Source of the DNA: a virus
Taxonomy: Duplodnaviria; Heunggongvirae; Uroviricota; Caudoviricetes
Direction: 5' to 3' (one strand)
DNA length: 29,430 nt
IMG/VR virus record: IMGVR_UViG_2778261668_000002
Shown: positions 25,034-29,430 of the stretch, piece by piece
How the letters are laid out: each line of letters begins with the position of its first letter
How positions within the stretch are numbered: position 1 is the first letter of the stretch
Program-made: the position numbers and the translations under genes
The notes under the pieces: model-generated
What the model was told of the DNA's origin: nothing
Database searches by the model: none
Seen by the model: the letters and a program-made list of their open reading frames with translations, nothing else

Positions 25034-27473
25034 CAATGTAAAATTACAGGTATTGCTCAGGGCTGTTGACCAGGCATCCCACCCGTTTAAATCCATCCGC
25101 ACAGCGAGTAAGTCGCTGTCGGGGGATATCCGGGAAACACAAAAATCACTGCGCGAGCTGAACGGTCAGGCATCCCGTATTGAGGGATTTCGCAAGACCA
25201 GTGCACAGCTCGCCGTGACTGGTCATGCACTTGAAAAGGCACGGCAGGAGGCCGAAGCCCTTGCCACACAGTTTAAAAACACCGAACGTCCGACCCGTGC
25301 TCAGGCGAAAGTGCTGGAATCCGCAAAGCGTGCGGCGGAGGACTTACAGGCGAAATATAACCGCCTGACGGATTCCGTTAAACGCCAGCAACGGGAACTG
25401 GCCGCTGTGGGAATTAATACCCGCAATCTTGCACATGATGAGCAGGGACTGAAAAACCGTATCAGTGAAACCACCGCACAGCTTAACCGTCAGCGCGACG
25501 CGCTGGCGCGTGTCAGTGCGCAACAGGCAAAACTTAACGCAGTCAAACAGCGTTATCAGGCAGGCAAGGAACTGGCCGGAAATATGGCCTCGGTGGGCGC
25601 TGCCGGTGTGGGGATTGCGGCGGCGGGAACGATGGCCGGAGTTAAGCTGCTGATGCCCGGTTATGAGTTTGCGCAGAAAAACTCAGAATTGCAGGCCGTG
25701 CTCGGTGTGGCAAAAGATTCCGCCGAAATGGCCGCGCTACGCAAACAGGCGCGCCAGCTCGGCGACAATACCGCCGCCTCGGCGGATGATGCGGCCGGTG
25801 CGCAGATTATTATTGCGAAAGCCGGTGGGGATGTTGATGCCATTCAGGCGGCAACGCCGGTCACGCTGAACATGGCGCTGGCGAACCGCCGCACGATGGA
25901 AGAAAACGCCGCCCTGCTGATGGGGATGAAATCCGCCTTTCAGCTTTCAAACGATAAGGTCGCTCATATCGGGGATGTTCTCTCCATGACGATGAACAAA
26001 ACCGCCGCCGATTTTGACGGCATGAGCGATGCGCTGACCTATGCCGCACCTGTGGCAAAAAATGCCGGTGTCAGCATTGAAGAAACCGCCGCAATGGTCG
26101 GGGCGCTGCATGATGCAAAAATCACAGGCTCAATGGCGGGGACGGGAAGCCGTGCCGTGTTAAGCCGCCTGCAGGCACCGACGGGAAATGCATGGGATGC
26201 ACTCAAAGAGCTTGGTGTGAAAACCTCAGACAGTAAGGGGAATACCCGACCAGTATTTACCATTCTGAAAGAAATGCAGGCCAGCTTTGAGAAAAACCGG
26301 CTCGGTACTGCCCAGCAGGCTGAATACATGAAAACTATTTTCGGGGAGGAGGCCAGCTCAGCCGCCGCCGTGCTGATGACTGCCGCCTCAACCGGAAAGC
26401 TGGACAAACTGACCGCTGCGTTTAAAGCCTCAGACGGGAAGACCGCAGAGCTGGTTAAAATCATGCAGGACAACCTCGGCGGTGACTTTAAGGAGTTTCA
26501 GTCCGCTTATGAGGCGGTGGGGACAGACCTGTTTGACCAGCAGGAAGGCGCGCTACGTAAGCTCACGCAGACGGCCACAAAGTATGTGTTAAAACTCGAC
26601 GGCTGGATACAGAAAAACAAATCACTGGCGTCAACCATTGGCCTCATTGCCGGTGGTGCGCTGGCGCTTACTGGCATCATCGGTGCAATTGGTCTTGTAG
26701 CCTGGCCGGTTATCACCGGCATCAATGCCATCATCGCGGCAGCAGGCGCAATGGGGGCAATCTTCACGACGGTTGGTAGTGCCGTTATGACGGCCATCGG
26801 GGCGATTAGCTGGCCGGTTGTGGCTGTGGTGGCCGCCATTGTCGCCGGGGCGTTGCTTATCCGTAAATACTGGGAGCCTGTCAGCGCATTCTTTGGCGGT
26901 GTGGTTGAAGGGCTGAAAGCGGCATTTGCGCCGGTGGGGGAACTGTTCACGCCACTGAAACCGGTGTTTGACTGGCTGGGCGAAAAGTTACAGGCCGCGT
27001 GGCAGTGGTTTAAAAACCTGATTGCCCCGGTCAAAGCCACCCAGGACACCCTGAACCGTTGCCGTGACACGGGCGTCATGTTCGGGCAGGCACTGGCTGA
27101 CGCGCTGATGCTGCCGCTTAATGCGTTCAACAAACTGCGCAGCGGTATTGACTGGGTACTGGAAAAACTCGGTGTTATCAACAAAGAGTCAGACACACTT
27201 GACCAGACCGCCGCAAGGACTCATGCCGCCACGTATGGCAGCGGTGGTTATATTCCGGCGACCAGCTCTTATGCAGGCTATCAGGCTTATCAGCCGGTCA
27301 CGGCACCGGCTGGCCGCTCTTATGTGGACCAGAGTAAAAACGAATATCACATCAACCTGACGGGCGGTACTGCGCCGGGAACACAGCTTGACCGCCAGTT
27401 ACAGGATGCGCTCGAAAAATACGAGCGGGATAAACGTGCGCGCGCCCGTGCCAGCATGATGCATGACGGTTAA
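25026..27473 (+). CDS. T: Tail tape measure protein (P2 gpT family)
   Basis: 815-aa ORF with a coiled-coil N-terminus and a Gly/Ala-rich hydrophobic central region. Confidence 0.9.
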   Translation: MSNNVKLQVLLRAVDQASHPFKSIRTASKSLSGDIRETQKSLRELNGQASRIEGFRKTSAQLAVTGHALEKARQEAEALATQFKNTERPTRAQAKVLESAKRAAEDLQAKYNRLTDSVKRQQRELAAVGINTRNLAHDEQGLKNRISETTAQLNRQRDALARVSAQQAKLNAVKQRYQAGKELAGNMASVGAAGVGIAAAGTMAGVKLLMPGYEFAQKNSELQAVLGVAKDSAEMAALRKQARQLGDNTAASADDAAGAQIIIAKAGGDVDAIQAATPVTLNMALANRRTMEENAALLMGMKSAFQLSNDKVAHIGDVLSMTMNKTAADFDGMSDALTYAAPVAKNAGVSIEETAAMVGALHDAKITGSMAGTGSRAVLSRLQAPTGNAWDALKELGVKTSDSKGNTRPVFTILKEMQASFEKNRLGTAQQAEYMKTIFGEEASSAAAVLMTAASTGKLDKLTAAFKASDGKTAELVKIMQDNLGGDFKEFQSAYEAVGTDLFDQQEGALRKLTQTATKYVLKLDGWIQKNKSLASTIGLIAGGALALTGIIGAIGLVAWPVITGINAIIAAAGAMGAIFTTVGSAVMTAIGAISWPVVAVVAAIVAGALLIRKYWEPVSAFFGGVVEGLKAAFAPVGELFTPLKPVFDWLGEKLQAAWQWFKNLIAPVKATQDTLNRCRDTGVMFGQALADALMLPLNAFNKLRSGIDWVLEKLGVINKESDTLDQTAARTHAATYGSGGYIPATSSYAGYQAYQPVTAPAGRSYVDQSKNEYHINLTGGTAPGTQLDRQLQDALEKYERDKRARARASMMHDG

Positions 27474-27487
27474 GGAGGTGACGAAAA

Positions 27488-27967
27488 ATGATGCTCGCGT
27501 TAGGTATGTTTGTTTTTATGCGCCAGACGCTGCCACACCAGACCATGCAGCGTGAATCAGATTATCGCTGGCCGTCAAATTCCCGTATCGGTAAACGGGA
27601 TGCCTTTCAGTTTCTCGGTGTGGGCGAGGAAAACATCACGCTTGCCGGTGTGCTTTATCCCGAACTGACCGGCGGCAAGCTGACGATGACCACGCTCAGA
27701 CTGATGGCAGAGGAAGGCCGGGCGTGGCCGTTGCTGGATGGCTCCGGCATGATTTACGGCATGTATGTCATCAGCAGGGTGAGTGAAACAGGGAGTATTT
27801 TCTTTGCAGACGGCACACCCCGGAAAATTGATTTTACGCTGTCGCTCACCCGCGTGGATGAATCACTGGCCGCGCTTTATGGCGATATCGGTAAACAGGC
27901 GGAGTCGCTCATCGGTAAGGCTGGCAGTATGGCGACCAGATTCACGGGTATGACGGGGGCGGGATAA
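27488..27967 (+). CDS. U: Tail protein U
   Basis: 159-aa ORF with AAGGAGG ribosome-binding site. Confidence 0.85.
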   Translation: MMLALGMFVFMRQTLPHQTMQRESDYRWPSNSRIGKRDAFQFLGVGEENITLAGVLYPELTGGKLTMTTLRLMAEEGRAWPLLDGSGMIYGMYVISRVSETGSIFFADGTPRKIDFTLSLTRVDESLAALYGDIGKQAESLIGKAGSMATRFTGMTGAG

Positions 27968-29130
27968 TGCTGGATGCGCTGACATTTGATGCAGGCAGTA
28001 CGCTGACGCCGGATTACATGCTGATGCTCGACAGCAGGGATATTACCGGCAATATCAGCGACCGTCTGATGAGCATGACCCTGACGGATAACCGGGGCTT
28101 TGAGGCTGACCAGCTTGATATTGAACTGAACGATGCCGACGGGCAGGTCGGGCTGCCGGTTCGTGGCGCTGTCCTGACGGTGTATATCGGCTGGAAAGGT
28201 TTTGCCCTGGTATGCAAAGGGAAATTCACCGTTGATGAGGTTGAACACCGGGGCGCGCCGGATGTGGTCACCATCCGCGCCCGGAGTGCAGATTTCCGCG
28301 GGACGCTCAATTCCCGCCGGGAAGGCTCCTGGCATGACACCACGCTCGGTGCGATTGTTGAGGCGATAGCCTCCCGTAACAGGCTGGAAGCCAGTGTCGC
28401 TCCGTCACTGGCCGGAATTAAAATCCCGCACATCGACCAGTCGCAGGAGTCTGATGCGAAATTCCTGACCCGTCTTGCAGAACGCAACGGCGGTGAGGTG
28501 TCGGTAAAAATGGGAAAACTGTTGTTTCTCAAAGCGGGGCAGGGGGTGACGGCCAGCGGTAAAAAAATCCCGCAGGTCACCATCACCCGCAGCGACGGCG
28601 ACCGCCATCATTTTGCGATTGCTGACCGTGGAGCCTATACCGGCGTAACGGCAAAGTGGTTACACACCAAAGACCCGAAGCCGCAAAAGCAGAAGGTAAA
28701 ACTGAAACGCAAAAAGAAAGAAAAACACCTGCGCGCACTGGAGCACCCGAAAGCAAAACCGGTCAGGCAGAAGAAAGCGCCAAAAGTACCGGAAGCGCGC
28801 GAAGGTGAATACATGGCCGGTGAGGCTGACAACGTTTTTGCCCTGACCACGGTATATGCCACGAAAGCACAGGCCATGCGTGCCGCTCAGGCGAAGTGGG
28901 ATAAACTGCAACGGGGCGTTGCGGAGTTCTCCATCAGCCTGGCTACCGGTCGTGCTGATATTTACACGGAAACACCGGTTAAAGTATCAGGCTTTAAGCG
29001 CGTCATAGACGAGCAGGACTGGACAATCACTAAGGTGACACATTTTCTGAATAATAGCGGCTTCACGACGTCCTTAGAGCTTGAGGTCAGGCTTTCTGAT
29101 GTGGAGTACGAAACAGAAGATGATGAGTGA
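27967..29130 (+). CDS. D: Tail protein D (late gene)
   Basis: 387-aa ORF with a TAATG overlap with U; contains a K-rich linker (KPQKQKVKLKRKKKEKH). Confidence 0.85.
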   Translation: MLDALTFDAGSTLTPDYMLMLDSRDITGNISDRLMSMTLTDNRGFEADQLDIELNDADGQVGLPVRGAVLTVYIGWKGFALVCKGKFTVDEVEHRGAPDVVTIRARSADFRGTLNSRREGSWHDTTLGAIVEAIASRNRLEASVAPSLAGIKIPHIDQSQESDAKFLTRLAERNGGEVSVKMGKLLFLKAGQGVTASGKKIPQVTITRSDGDRHHFAIADRGAYTGVTAKWLHTKDPKPQKQKVKLKRKKKEKHLRALEHPKAKPVRQKKAPKVPEAREGEYMAGEADNVFALTTVYATKAQAMRAAQAKWDKLQRGVAEFSISLATGRADIYTETPVKVSGFKRVIDEQDWTITKVTHFLNNSGFTTSLELEVRLSDVEYETEDDE

Positions 29131-29148
29131 TGTAATTTATTTATCTGT

Positions 29149-29177
29149 TTGTTTTATAAGGATAAATTAACTAAAAT
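29149..29177 (+). promoter_or_regulatory. Candidate sigma-70 promoter of ogr
   Basis: TTGTTT (29149-29154), 17-bp spacer, TAAAAT (29172-29177), about 35 bp upstream of the ogr ATG. Confidence 0.4.
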
Positions 29178-29211
29178 GGCACTATCAACAAAACCGGAAG
29201 AGGTGCTCGCG

Positions 29212-29430
29212 ATGTTTCATTGTCCTTTATGCCAGCATGCCGCACATGCGCGTACAAGCCGCTATATCACTGACACGACAAAAGAGCGTTATCACCAGTG
29301 TCAGAACGTGAATTGCAGCGCCACGTTCATCACCTATGAGTCGGTACAGAGATACATCGTGAAGCCGGGAGAAGTCCACGCCGTAAGGCCGCACCCGTTG
29401 CCGTCAGGGCAGCAAATTATGTGGATGTGA
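29212..29430 (+). CDS. ogr: Late-gene transcriptional activator Ogr (zinc-finger protein)
   Basis: 72 aa from the ATG at 29212: MFHCPLCQHAAHARTSRYITDTTKERYHQCQNVNCSATF... with a CxxC-N22-CxxxxC zinc-binding pattern; the track extends it to a TTG at 29149. Confidence 0.9.
   Translation: MFHCPLCQHAAHARTSRYITDTTKERYHQCQNVNCSATFITYESVQRYIVKPGEVHAVRPHPLPSGQQIMWM

Larger units (their letters stand above)
1..29430. mobile_element. P2-like prophage, essentially whole genome from int to ogr; att sites outside the window
   Basis: Colinear P2 gene order and orientation (int, C, cox, B, A, cargo, cos, Q, P, O N M L X, lysis genes, R S V W J I H G, FI FII E T U D, ogr) with product lengths matching remembered P2 proteins; the int stop codon is at 1-3 and the ogr stop at 29428-29430. 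Confidence 0.9.

Noticed and set aside
26039-27196. Long minus-strand ORFs (144 and 229 aa) inside the tape measure gene
   Set aside because: Antisense to the Gly/Ala-rich region of T; the translations are low complexity and there are no start signals. They are artefacts of the repetitive codon composition.
1-29430. attL/attR core sites, tRNA or rRNA genes, CRISPR arrays, IS elements
   Set aside because: None is evident: the window begins at the int stop and ends at the ogr stop so att cores would lie outside; no repeat-spacer arrays, no tRNA-like cloverleaf candidates and no transposase-like ORFs were seen.

Overview
The window is a near-complete P2-like (Peduovirus-type) temperate prophage of an enterobacterium, running from the integrase stop codon (position 1) to the ogr stop codon (position 29430), so both att sites lie just outside it. 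Gene order, orientation and product lengths follow the P2 layout: int, C and cox, then early genes B and A, a cargo locus, cos, the head genes Q P O N M L, the lysis cassette, the tail and baseplate genes, and ogr. All identifications rest on reading the translations, on synteny and on remembered P2 family properties; no database search was run. Two loci depart from the P2 backbone. (1) Between the replication gene A and cos, where P2 carries tin and old, there is an AT-rich island (about one third G+C by hand count, against more than 50% in the flanks) with one orphan 200-aa gene at 6658-7260 that has its own candidate promoter and terminator. This is the best candidate for an undescribed single-gene anti-phage or abortive-infection module. 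(2) Between the tail fibre genes and the sheath gene there is a Hin/Gin-family serine invertase with an approximately 1.9-kb invertible tail-fibre segment bounded by two inverted 26-bp hix-like sites. Also visible are the E/E-prime programmed -1 frameshift, an embedded spanin gene, a TraR/DksA-type zinc-finger gene and palindromic operators at the immunity switch. No rRNA, tRNA or CRISPR array was seen.
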